From the NCBI GenBank assembly GCA_029269845.2, contig CP149973.1:1050001-1082000 (forward strand): a DNA stretch of 32,000 nucleotides. The letters are read 5' to 3'. This document shows, piece by piece, positions 9,172 through 16,335 of the stretch. The stretch comes from Opitutia bacterium KCR 482 (GTDB taxonomy: Bacteria > Verrucomicrobiota > Verrucomicrobiia > Opitutales > Intestinicryptomonadaceae). The notes beneath the pieces were generated by a model. It was given only the letters and a program-made list of their open reading frames with translations. It was not told where the DNA came from and ran no database searches. Position 1 is the first letter of the stretch; every line of letters begins with the position of its first letter. A program made the position numbers and the translations under genes.

Positions 9172-9249
9172 AATATTTTGTTGTTAGGTATTTGTTAGCA
9201 GGTTTAAAATCCACACACTTGAAACACAGCAATTCCAAATGCGAATTTC

Positions 9250-9291
9250 ATTATAATGGCAAAAAGATGTACAGGATTGAATAATTGTCAA
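9250..9291 (-). promoter_or_regulatory. Candidate promoter/operator of the PEP-CTERM gene 7771..9171: TTGACAATT-N22-GCCATTATAAT on the minus strand
   Basis: The minus strand reads tttgaTTGACAATTattcaatcctgtacatctttttGCCATTATAATgaaatt. The TTGACA-to-TATAAT spacing is 30 nt, which is 10 nt more than in the 3784 element. The predicted leader is about 70 nt. Confidence 0.3.
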
Positions 9292-9528
9292 TCAAATTAG
9301 AGCCACAACCGTCATTTTTTTCGCAAACTACGTAAATCCGAAACCCGCTAAAAAAACAATAATTACATCATTTCGCCGACCCGCTATGCCGACAAAAAAG
9401 CGGGGCTAAAACGACCGAGACACACCGCGTTCACATTTTTTGCGCAAACAAACCGAATCAAAGCGAACTCGCCGCGCAGATACAGCCCCCCCTCCCCCGC
9501 AGGGACCGCAAAAAAAACAAAATATTTG

Positions 9529-9556
9529 TTGACTTGCGGAGCGGCTTTTGTATTTT
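9529..9556 (+). promoter_or_regulatory. Possible sigma70-like promoter for the TIM-barrel/oxidoreductase pair
   Basis: TTGACT (9529-9534), a 16-nt spacer, then TATTTT (9551-9556), about 75 nt upstream of the ATG at 9631. Hexamer match only. Confidence 0.3.
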
Positions 9557-9630
9557 CAAGCTCATCAAAGACTCAAACGTTTGAGAAACATAAGACTCTT
9601 TCAAATCAACCAACAAAACAACTTCTATAT

Positions 9631-10629
9631 ATGAATACTATATCAAGACGCAAATTCTTCGGGGGAATGTCGGCGGCAATGCTCGCAACAATGCTCGGCG
9701 CGTGCGCTTCAACCGAATGCAAAAGCGGCAAAGCCTGCGGCAAAACCGCAAAGGCCGACAAGTTCAAAATGAAATTCGCCCCGCGCGGGCTATTCGCGGC
9801 GTCCTGCGGCAAAGACCCTTTCAAACGCTTCAAATGGCTGTCCGAAAACGGCTTCTGGGCAGTTGAGGGCGTCGTTTTCGTCAATCCCGACAAAATCTAC
9901 AAGCAGGAGGAAATCAACCTCCAACGCGCCCTCGGCGCGTACGCGCGCGAAGTCGGGCTTGAAATGGGCTGCGTAAGCTCGATGAACAACAAGGATTTCC
10001 CCGTGATGACCGCAAACCAAGTGCCTGTAAAGGGCAAAGTTATACGCGACAAAAAGGCGGTTCGCGACTGTCTTGCGCGGCAGATGGACAACACTTTCGC
10101 GGTCATGGAACGCCTCGGCAGCAAACAGTTCATCATCGGCGCGGGCACGAACGACAGCGAACTTTCGCCCGAAAAGCAGTACGAAAACACCGTCGAAAAC
10201 ATGGCTTTCTGCGCCGACTACTGCAAACGCTACGGCTTCACGATGGAAATCGAACCCCTCAACACGAAAAGCCACCCCAACCTCTATATAGACAGGGCCG
10301 AACTCGGCGCGAAAATCGTGCGCGACGTCAACAACCCGCACTGCCGCCTGCTTTTCGACATCTTCCACGAACAAATGCAAGTCGGCAGCCTCGACGCGCT
10401 CGACAAGCCCGAAGTCTGGAACTGCATAGAGTCTTTCCACATAGCCGACGCGCCCTCGCGCCAAGAACCGGGGACGGGCAACATAGACTACAAGAAGGTT
10501 CTCAAAAAAATTTGGGACAAGGGCTACCGCGGCTTCATCGGCTTGGAGCACGGGCAGACCGACAAGTCGCTTGAAGGCGACCGCAAACTCCTGCAAATCT
10601 ACCGCGACCTCGACTCGGTCGTGGCGTAA
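9631..10629 (+). CDS. Tat-exported (possibly lipidated) hydroxypyruvate-isomerase-like enzyme of the xylose-isomerase-like TIM-barrel family
   Basis: The start was moved from 9526 to the ATG at 9631, giving MNTISRRKFFGGMSAAMLATMLGACAS. This is an SRRxFF Tat motif with an LGAC lipobox-like site. The C-terminal half (MEIEPLN, LLFDIFHEQMQ, FHIADAPSRQEPGTGNIDY, YRGFIGLEH) matches the Hyi/sugar-phosphate isomerase-epimerase pattern. Confidence 0.85.
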   Translation: MNTISRRKFFGGMSAAMLATMLGACASTECKSGKACGKTAKADKFKMKFAPRGLFAASCGKDPFKRFKWLSENGFWAVEGVVFVNPDKIYKQEEINLQRALGAYAREVGLEMGCVSSMNNKDFPVMTANQVPVKGKVIRDKKAVRDCLARQMDNTFAVMERLGSKQFIIGAGTNDSELSPEKQYENTVENMAFCADYCKRYGFTMEIEPLNTKSHPNLYIDRAELGAKIVRDVNNPHCRLLFDIFHEQMQVGSLDALDKPEVWNCIESFHIADAPSRQEPGTGNIDYKKVLKKIWDKGYRGFIGLEHGQTDKSLEGDRKLLQIYRDLDSVVA

Positions 10630-10670
10630 AAAGTTCTACAACCTGCAACAACATTATTATAGGGAAAAAT

Positions 10671-11972
10671 ATGGACAGAAGAGACGCAATTAAAACGGTT
10701 TCGGTAATGGGCGCGGCCGCCGCGCTCCCCAAATTCTCGTGGGCTACGGGAGACAAGGCGACGCTCAAAGTCGGGCTTATCGGCTGCTCGGGGCGCGGCA
10801 CGGACGCGGTTAGAAACATTCTCGATGCGGCGAAAGGCTCGGTCAAGATTGTGGCAATCGCCGACCTCTTCCCCGACAGGCTCGAATACGCAATGAAGAG
10901 ATTTGCGGGCTTCGAAAGCAAATTCGACTACTGCAAAGGGCATTTCGACATTCCCGCAAGCCGCCAATACGCGGGCTGGGACGCCTACAAGCAGCTCCTC
11001 GCCGACGCCGACGTCGACATCGTAATACACGCAACGCCCCCCGTTTTCCGCCCCCTCCACCTCCGCGCGATTGTAGAAGCGGGCAAGCACATGTTCGTTG
11101 AAAAACCCGCGTGCGTAGACCCCACGCAGGCTCGCGAACTCTACGAAATCGCGGATCTTGCCGACAAGAAGGGGCTGACGGTTATCCCCGGAGTTCAACG
11201 CCGCTTCCACCCCGGATACGTAGAGGCAATCAAGAGGATTCAGGACGGGCAAATCGGCGACATCATCGCGGTTCAGGCGTACTGGCTCAACTCGCGCTTC
11301 TTCATTCAGGACGGCGGCAAACTGCGCCTGCAAAACCCCGACCCCATGCAAATGGAATACCAAATCCGCAACTGGTTCATCTTCCGCTGGGCTTCGGGCG
11401 ACTGCTACGTGGAACAGCACGTCCACAACCTCGACGTCGTGCGCTGGGCGCTCGGCAAAGACCCCGTGGAAGTCAACGGTCTGGGCGGACGCCGCTGGGA
11501 CATTCCCTTCCCGCAGTACGGCGACAGATTCAGCCACTTCGCGGTCGATTTCGACTTCGGAAACGGCCTACACTGCGCAAGTTATAGCCGCCGCGAACAG
11601 AAGTCGAAAGACTACGTTCTTGAAAGATTCGTCGGCACAAAGGGCATTCTCGAAACGAACGAAAACAACATGCAGCGCATTACGGGCGCAAAGCCGTGGG
11701 AAGCCCCGAAGGGACTGCCGCACGCGCTCGTCGAAGAACACAGAGTGCTTCTCGACAGCGTCCGCAACAACAAGAAAATCAACATGCTGCGCGACATGGT
11801 TGGCTCGACGCTCATGGCGATTGCTGGCCGCGAAAGCTGCTATTCGGGCACAAACTTCAAATACGGCTGGATTAAGCAGAAGTCGAAATTGTCGCTCGCG
11901 CCCAAGGAATGGAAATTCGGAGTGCACGACATCGACCCGATTCCCCTCCCCGGCGAATACAAACTGAGCTAA
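10671..11972 (+). CDS. Tat-exported Gfo/Idh/MocA family NAD(P)-dependent oxidoreductase (paralog 1)
   Basis: MDRRDAIKTVSVMGAAAALPKFSWA Tat-type signal. Rossmann motif KVGLIGCSGRGT and the GKHMFVEKPAC motif are present. The conserved EQHVHNLDV block is shared with the two paralogs at 29475-32000. Confidence 0.9.
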   Translation: MDRRDAIKTVSVMGAAAALPKFSWATGDKATLKVGLIGCSGRGTDAVRNILDAAKGSVKIVAIADLFPDRLEYAMKRFAGFESKFDYCKGHFDIPASRQYAGWDAYKQLLADADVDIVIHATPPVFRPLHLRAIVEAGKHMFVEKPACVDPTQARELYEIADLADKKGLTVIPGVQRRFHPGYVEAIKRIQDGQIGDIIAVQAYWLNSRFFIQDGGKLRLQNPDPMQMEYQIRNWFIFRWASGDCYVEQHVHNLDVVRWALGKDPVEVNGLGGRRWDIPFPQYGDRFSHFAVDFDFGNGLHCASYSRREQKSKDYVLERFVGTKGILETNENNMQRITGAKPWEAPKGLPHALVEEHRVLLDSVRNNKKINMLRDMVGSTLMAIAGRESCYSGTNFKYGWIKQKSKLSLAPKEWKFGVHDIDPIPLPGEYKLS

Positions 11973-12020
11973 ACCCAGAGAAAAGCCGATTCAAAAATCG
12001 GCGCTTCCGACAAAACAACA

Positions 12021-12055
12021 AAAACGCGCAAGGCAATAACCCTTGCGCGTTTTTT
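12021..12055. terminator. Bidirectional rho-independent terminator between the convergent oxidoreductase and fic genes
   Basis: ACGCGCAAGG-caataac-CCTTGCGCGT, a 10-bp stem preceded by AAAA and followed by TTTTT. Confidence 0.8.
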
Positions 12056-12086
12056 GCATTGCGGAGAAAAGCCGCCGCGACGCGAC

Positions 12087-13184
12087 TTACAGACTGTCGG
12101 AAATTTCCAAGAGGTCTTTGAGCCAATACAAAGTTGCGGAACGCCCCGCGCCGTTGTCGTAAATCGAGACGATTTCGGCCTTCACCAACTTTTTCAACAG
12201 CGCGTAAACCGTTGCGTTCGACGGCTTCGACGAAAGGTTCAGCATGCTCTGCCTGAACATCGGCCTTGCAATCATGGCGTCCAAAAGCAAAATCGCGTGC
12301 TGGGAAGACGTAATGTCTATGATTTTGGCTTTCGTGCGTTCGTAGTAATCCATTATTTTTTTTGCTACGGTGTAATTTCTGTCCGCCTGCCACTTGATTG
12401 CGTCGAGAAAAAACGAAATCCAAGCGGTCCAATCGCCGTTTTCGGTAATCGCCCGCAACGAGTCTTTGTAAAGCATTTCGTTCTGTTCAAGATACTGGCT
12501 TATGTACAGCGTGGGCCTCGATATTATGCCCTTTTGAAAAAGAAAGAGCGGCACAAGCATTCGCCCAAGCCTGCCGTTGCCGTCGCAGAAAGGGTGGATT
12601 ATCTCGAACTGCGCGTGCATTACGGCGGCCTGAACAAGCGGGTCTTTGTCGTCCGAACAGAGGTACTCGATGAAATTGTCCATGTATTCGGGCACGAGAA
12701 TCGGTTCGGGCGGCACAAAACGCGCGTTTTCGATGCCGCCGCTTCTCGACCCAATGTAGTTTTGCACCTCCCTGATTTGACCGGGGCTTTTTGTTGCGCC
12801 GCGCACGTTGTCGAGCAAAAGCCTGTGAATCTCTTTTATAAGATAGAGCGAAACGGGGCGAAGCGCAACTTCCTCCGAAGCATAGGAAATGGCCTTTCTG
12901 TAATTTATGACTTCGTGAATGTCGCTTTTTTTCTCGGCGGAATCCCCGTCTACCCCCGCTTCGAACGTCAAAACGTCTACCGTGTTTACCTGCGTGCCCT
13001 CTATTTTGCTCGAAAGCAAGGCTTCGTTTGACAAAATCGGCGACAAAAGCAAATCAGGATTGGCTATTGCATTCAAAATGCCGTTGAAATTTGCAATGGC
13101 GCGATTCGCCTGCCCGATTTTCGAAATAAGAGAAAACCAGTCTATATTTGCCAACGGAAGCTTTTGCGGAATGTACGGTTTCAT
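12087..13184 (-). CDS. Fic family protein with an N-terminal Fic_N-type region carrying the inhibitory motif, a Fic core and a C-terminal winged-helix-like region
   Basis: The active-site motif HPFCDGNGRLGR matches HxFx(D/E)GNGRxxR. SSKIEG in LLSSKIEGTQV matches (S/T)xxxE(G/N) upstream of the core. It is a 365-aa single gene with visibly lower GC than its neighbours. Confidence 0.9.
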   Translation of the reverse strand: MKPYIPQKLPLANIDWFSLISKIGQANRAIANFNGILNAIANPDLLLSPILSNEALLSSKIEGTQVNTVDVLTFEAGVDGDSAEKKSDIHEVINYRKAISYASEEVALRPVSLYLIKEIHRLLLDNVRGATKSPGQIREVQNYIGSRSGGIENARFVPPEPILVPEYMDNFIEYLCSDDKDPLVQAAVMHAQFEIIHPFCDGNGRLGRMLVPLFLFQKGIISRPTLYISQYLEQNEMLYKDSLRAITENGDWTAWISFFLDAIKWQADRNYTVAKKIMDYYERTKAKIIDITSSQHAILLLDAMIARPMFRQSMLNLSSKPSNATVYALLKKLVKAEIVSIYDNGAGRSATLYWLKDLLEISDSL

Positions 13185-13198
13185 AAAATTATATCTTC

Positions 13199-13228
13199 AT
13201 ATTACAGTTATCGGCGCGTTTGTGTCAA
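13199..13228 (-). promoter_or_regulatory. Candidate fic promoter: TTGACA-N18-TAATAT on the minus strand
   Basis: On the minus strand, TTGACA lies at 13228..13223 and TAATAT at 13204..13199. This would leave a very short leader. The -35 overlaps a TTTGT-gtcaa-GCAAA inverted repeat (13219-13233) of the type repeated in the array upstream. Confidence 0.3.
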
Positions 13229-13284
13229 GCAAAATGCGTATTTTATATTTACAAAGGAGCTTGCTTTTAGAAAATATTCAATTC

Positions 13285-13540
13285 AATAAACACAAGCGAA
13301 TTTGTTTTTAGCGAAATAAACACAAAGGCTTTTGTTTTTATAAAATCGGCGGTTTGCTAAAAACAAAACGGTTTGCTTTTATTTTATTCAATGCAAAGGC
13401 GTTTGTTTTTAGAAAAATGGCATTTTGCTAAAAGCAAATTAGTTTGTATTTATTTTATTTAACACAAAATGGTTTGTTTTTATAAAATCGGCGGTTTGCT
13501 AAAAGCAAAATTTTTCGGTTTTTTGCAAAGTATTTGCTTA
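13285..13540. repeat. AT-rich tandem repeat array: a 30-bp partial unit plus three units in 71-bp phase, rich in TTTGY/RCAAA inverted repeats
   Basis: Units lie at about 13285-13314 (partial), 13315-13389, 13390-13460 and 13461-13540. RCAAA-N4-TTTGT occurs at 13322, 13393 and 13464. TTTGC-TAAAA-RCAAA occurs at 13353, 13424 and 13495. TTTGY occurs at 13372 and 13443. All of these are spaced exactly 71 bp apart. A 38-nt core (13331-13368 versus 13473-13510) is 37/38 identical. Confidence 0.85.
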
Positions 13541-13596
13541 AAAAAAGTTGCCTTTTGGCTCGATTGTGGGAAAATCAGGTAATTATTTTTATCGAA

Positions 13597-15105
13597 ATGA
13601 GCGAAGAACAAAAGACTATTCAGGACAATTCCCACGACCTTTTCGCCGTCAGAAAGGCGAAACTCGACTCAATGCGCGCAAAGGGCTTCGACCCGTTCCG
13701 CGCCGAATGGACGCCCACGCACACAAGCAAAACGGCGATTGAATCTTTCGACGAATCCCTCGAAGAGGGGCAAAACTCGGAGCACGAAGTGAGCGTCGCG
13801 GGCCGCGTGCTCGTGTTCAGGCTCATGGGCAAGGCAAGCTTCCTCAAAATTCAGGACAGGGACGGAATTATCCAGCTCTACGTCGCCCGCGACGGACTCC
13901 CCGAAGGCGTCTACAACGACGACTTCAAGAAAAATCTCGACCTCGGCGACATCATCGGCGCGCGCGGCAAGCTCTTCAAGACAAAGACGGGCGAAATCAC
14001 CGTCCGCGTCTGCGAGTTCAAAATGCTCGCAAAATCGCTCCGCCCCCTCCCCGAAAAATGGCACGGGCTAACAAACAGCGAGCAAATCTACCGCCAGAGA
14101 TACCTCGACCTCATGGTCAATCAGGACTCGCGCAAACGCTTCAAGCTCAGAAGCGCAATCGTGCGCGAAATCCGCGAATTCCTCTGGTCGCGAGATTTCC
14201 TCGAAGTGGAAACCCCCGTTCTGCACTCGGTTGCCGGCGGCGCGGCGGCGCGCCCGTTCATCACCCACTTCAACGCCCTCGACTGCGACTTTTACCTGCG
14301 AATCGCCCTTGAACTCTATCTGAAACGCATGCTCGTAGGCGGCTTCGACCGCGTTTTCGAAATGGGGCGCGTTTTCAGAAACGAAGGCGTCGACCGCAAG
14401 CACAACCCAGAATTTACAATGCTCGAAGTCTATCAGGCATACTCCGACCACAGGGGCATGATGGAGCTTTTCCGCTCCATGATTAAGCGCATTTGCGAAA
14501 ACGTGCTGGGCACAACGTCAATCCCCCGCGCCGACGGCGGCACAATCGAACTCGGCGGCGAATGGCGCGAGGTTGACTACAAAGACCTCATCATCGAGGC
14601 GACAAAAATGCCCAACTGGTTCGAGCTTTCGCGCGACGAAAAACTCGCCGCGGCAAAGAAAATCGCCGGCGAAACGAACTCGGACATCGAGCTTAGCGAC
14701 GACCTCGAAGACTACGAAATCACAAACAACGTCTACGGGAAGCTCGTCGAGCCGAACCTTATCCAGCCGACATTCGTCATGCACATTCCCCGCGAGCTGT
14801 GCCCGCTGGCGAAGCTCAACAAAAAAGACCCGCGCGTGCTCGACGTTTTCGAACTGTGCATAAACGGGCAGGAAATCGCCCCCGCATACTCGGAGCAAAA
14901 CGACCCCTTCATTCAGCGCGAAATGTTCGAAGCGCAGGTCGGAGAGGAAAAGCAGAACCTCGACGAAGACTTCCTCACCGCGCTAGAATACGGCATGCCT
15001 CCCGCGGGCGGCATGGGAATCGGCATCGACAGGCTCGTAATTCTGCTCACGGGCGCGGCGAATATCCGCGACACAATCCTCTTCCCGTCGCTCCGCCCCG
15101 AATAG
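13597..15105 (+). CDS. lysS: Lysine--tRNA ligase (class II)
   Basis: The start was moved from the TTG at 13534 to the ATG at 13597 (MSEEQKTIQDNSHDLFAVRKAKL). It has an OB-fold N-domain and class II motifs FRNEGVDRKHNPEFTMLEVYQAY and GMPPAGGMGIGIDRLV. Confidence 0.95.
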   Translation: MSEEQKTIQDNSHDLFAVRKAKLDSMRAKGFDPFRAEWTPTHTSKTAIESFDESLEEGQNSEHEVSVAGRVLVFRLMGKASFLKIQDRDGIIQLYVARDGLPEGVYNDDFKKNLDLGDIIGARGKLFKTKTGEITVRVCEFKMLAKSLRPLPEKWHGLTNSEQIYRQRYLDLMVNQDSRKRFKLRSAIVREIREFLWSRDFLEVETPVLHSVAGGAAARPFITHFNALDCDFYLRIALELYLKRMLVGGFDRVFEMGRVFRNEGVDRKHNPEFTMLEVYQAYSDHRGMMELFRSMIKRICENVLGTTSIPRADGGTIELGGEWREVDYKDLIIEATKMPNWFELSRDEKLAAAKKIAGETNSDIELSDDLEDYEITNNVYGKLVEPNLIQPTFVMHIPRELCPLAKLNKKDPRVLDVFELCINGQEIAPAYSEQNDPFIQREMFEAQVGEEKQNLDEDFLTALEYGMPPAGGMGIGIDRLVILLTGAANIRDTILFPSLRPE

Positions 15106-15108
15106 CAG

Positions 15109-16335
15109 ATGAAGTGGTGGCTGTACATCGCCCTTAAACAGCTCTTTCCGACGGGAAAGATTGCGTCGTTTTTCGCGGCGGTGTCGGTCTTGGGGGTCGC
15201 GCTCGGCGTGCTCGGTCTTTTCGGCACGCAGAGCGTAATGAACGGCTTCCACGAGCAGATAGGCGAAAAACTCCGCGACACTACGGGCGACGTAATTATC
15301 CGCAAAAACGGCCGCACGATGTTCGGGCTGGAAAAACTCGTCGCCGACCTGAAAAAGACGGCGGGCGTAAAGACTGTCGAAAAGGTCGCGCGGGGGCCGG
15401 TGATGATGCTTGCAAACAACGTGCCGACTTTCCCGATTCTCCGCAGCTACGACACCGTTTCGGAGGAATGCGCCCTGCCGATAAGGGAGAAAAGCTACGT
15501 CAAGCTCGGCGACATCTCGAACCTCGACGACGACTCAATCATTCTCGGACAGAGGCTCGCGGCAAATGCGGGAATCACGGTGGGAGACACCGTGGAAATT
15601 GTGTCGCCCACAATGCTCGACAAAATCAAAAAGGACGAAGTGCCCATGCCCGCGCGGCTCGAAGTTGTGGGGCTGCTGATGACGGACTATTCCGAGGTAG
15701 ACTCGAACGTCGCGCTCGTCTCCCTGCGGCGAATGCGCGAACTTTACGGACTCGGCGACGGCACGCACGCTCTCGTGCTGCGCCTCGACGACAACGCCGA
15801 CTGCACGAAAACCGCCCGCGAAATCCAGAAAAAACTTTCCTTCCCAATGAGGGCGTCCACATGGCTTACGAGCAACGAGGCGTTCCTGCGCGTAATCAAA
15901 ATGGAAAAGGTGATGATGTCGCTTATAATTGTGCTTATAATTTTGGTGGCGTCGTTTTCAATCTGCATTTCGCTCTACACCTCGGTGCTGCGCAAAACGC
16001 GCGAGATAGGGCTGATGGGCGCAATGGGCGCAAGGCCCTGCCAAATTGCGGCGATGTACTGCTTTCAGGGATTCGTAATCGGCGTGTGCGGCGCGTTGGC
16101 GGGGCTTGGGCTGACATGGCTTGTGCTCACTTTCCGCGAGCCGATTGTCCAGCTTGTGGTCGGGCGCGAGGCGTTGATAGAGTTCTACCACTTCGCGCAC
16201 CTGCCCGTAAAGTACGAGCTTTCCGACGCGCTTTGGGCGTCGGGGTTCTCGGTGGTTTTGTGCACGCTCGCGGGGCTTCTGCCGGCAATCCGCGCGGCAC
16301 GGCTGAAAGCGTCGGAGGCTATGCGCAATGAATAG
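15109..16335 (+). CDS. LolC/LolE family lipoprotein-releasing ABC transporter permease (FtsX/MacB-type)
   Basis: 408 aa. An N-terminal TM helix is followed by a periplasmic domain and three C-terminal TM helices (EIGLMGAMGARPCQI...). It starts 3 nt after the lysS stop and overlaps the downstream ATPase gene by 8 nt. Confidence 0.85.
   Translation: MKWWLYIALKQLFPTGKIASFFAAVSVLGVALGVLGLFGTQSVMNGFHEQIGEKLRDTTGDVIIRKNGRTMFGLEKLVADLKKTAGVKTVEKVARGPVMMLANNVPTFPILRSYDTVSEECALPIREKSYVKLGDISNLDDDSIILGQRLAANAGITVGDTVEIVSPTMLDKIKKDEVPMPARLEVVGLLMTDYSEVDSNVALVSLRRMRELYGLGDGTHALVLRLDDNADCTKTAREIQKKLSFPMRASTWLTSNEAFLRVIKMEKVMMSLIIVLIILVASFSICISLYTSVLRKTREIGLMGAMGARPCQIAAMYCFQGFVIGVCGALAGLGLTWLVLTFREPIVQLVVGREALIEFYHFAHLPVKYELSDALWASGFSVVLCTLAGLLPAIRAARLKASEAMRNE

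Noticed and set aside
9207-9215. DnaA-box-like AAATCCACA plus A/T-rich DNA as a possible oriC. The 13.2-13.6 kb region was also considered
   Set aside because: There is only one imperfect box, no cluster of boxes, and no dnaA/dnaN or other origin-linked genes. The 13.3-kb repeats do not resemble DnaA boxes.
9256-9300. A tiny ORF, MAKRCTGLNNCQSN, in the long spacer
   Set aside because: It is only 14 codons with no ribosome-binding site, and it lies across the putative PEP-CTERM promoter blocks. Nothing suggests it is translated.
9485-9500. A C-rich/G-rich tract (CCCCCCCTCCCCC) as a G-quadruplex
   Set aside because: The complementary strand has only two long G-runs, which is not enough for an intramolecular four-run quadruplex.
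13285-13540. Could the repeat array be a CRISPR array?
   Set aside because: The units are contiguous, degenerate 71-bp tandem repeats without unique spacers. They are extremely A/T-rich, and no cas genes are present in the window.
11973-13596. The fic region as a mobile genetic element
   Set aside because: No integrase, transposase, tRNA attachment site or clear inverted terminal repeats are present. Only compositional contrast and a short flanking 10-mer repeat support it. It is kept as a hypothesis in the findings, not annotated as a mobile element.
13185-13596. A T-box or lysine-riboswitch leader upstream of lysS
   Set aside because: The sequence is almost pure A/T with short A-T palindromes. 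It has none of the GC-supported helices or conserved T-box or L-box core motifs I know.
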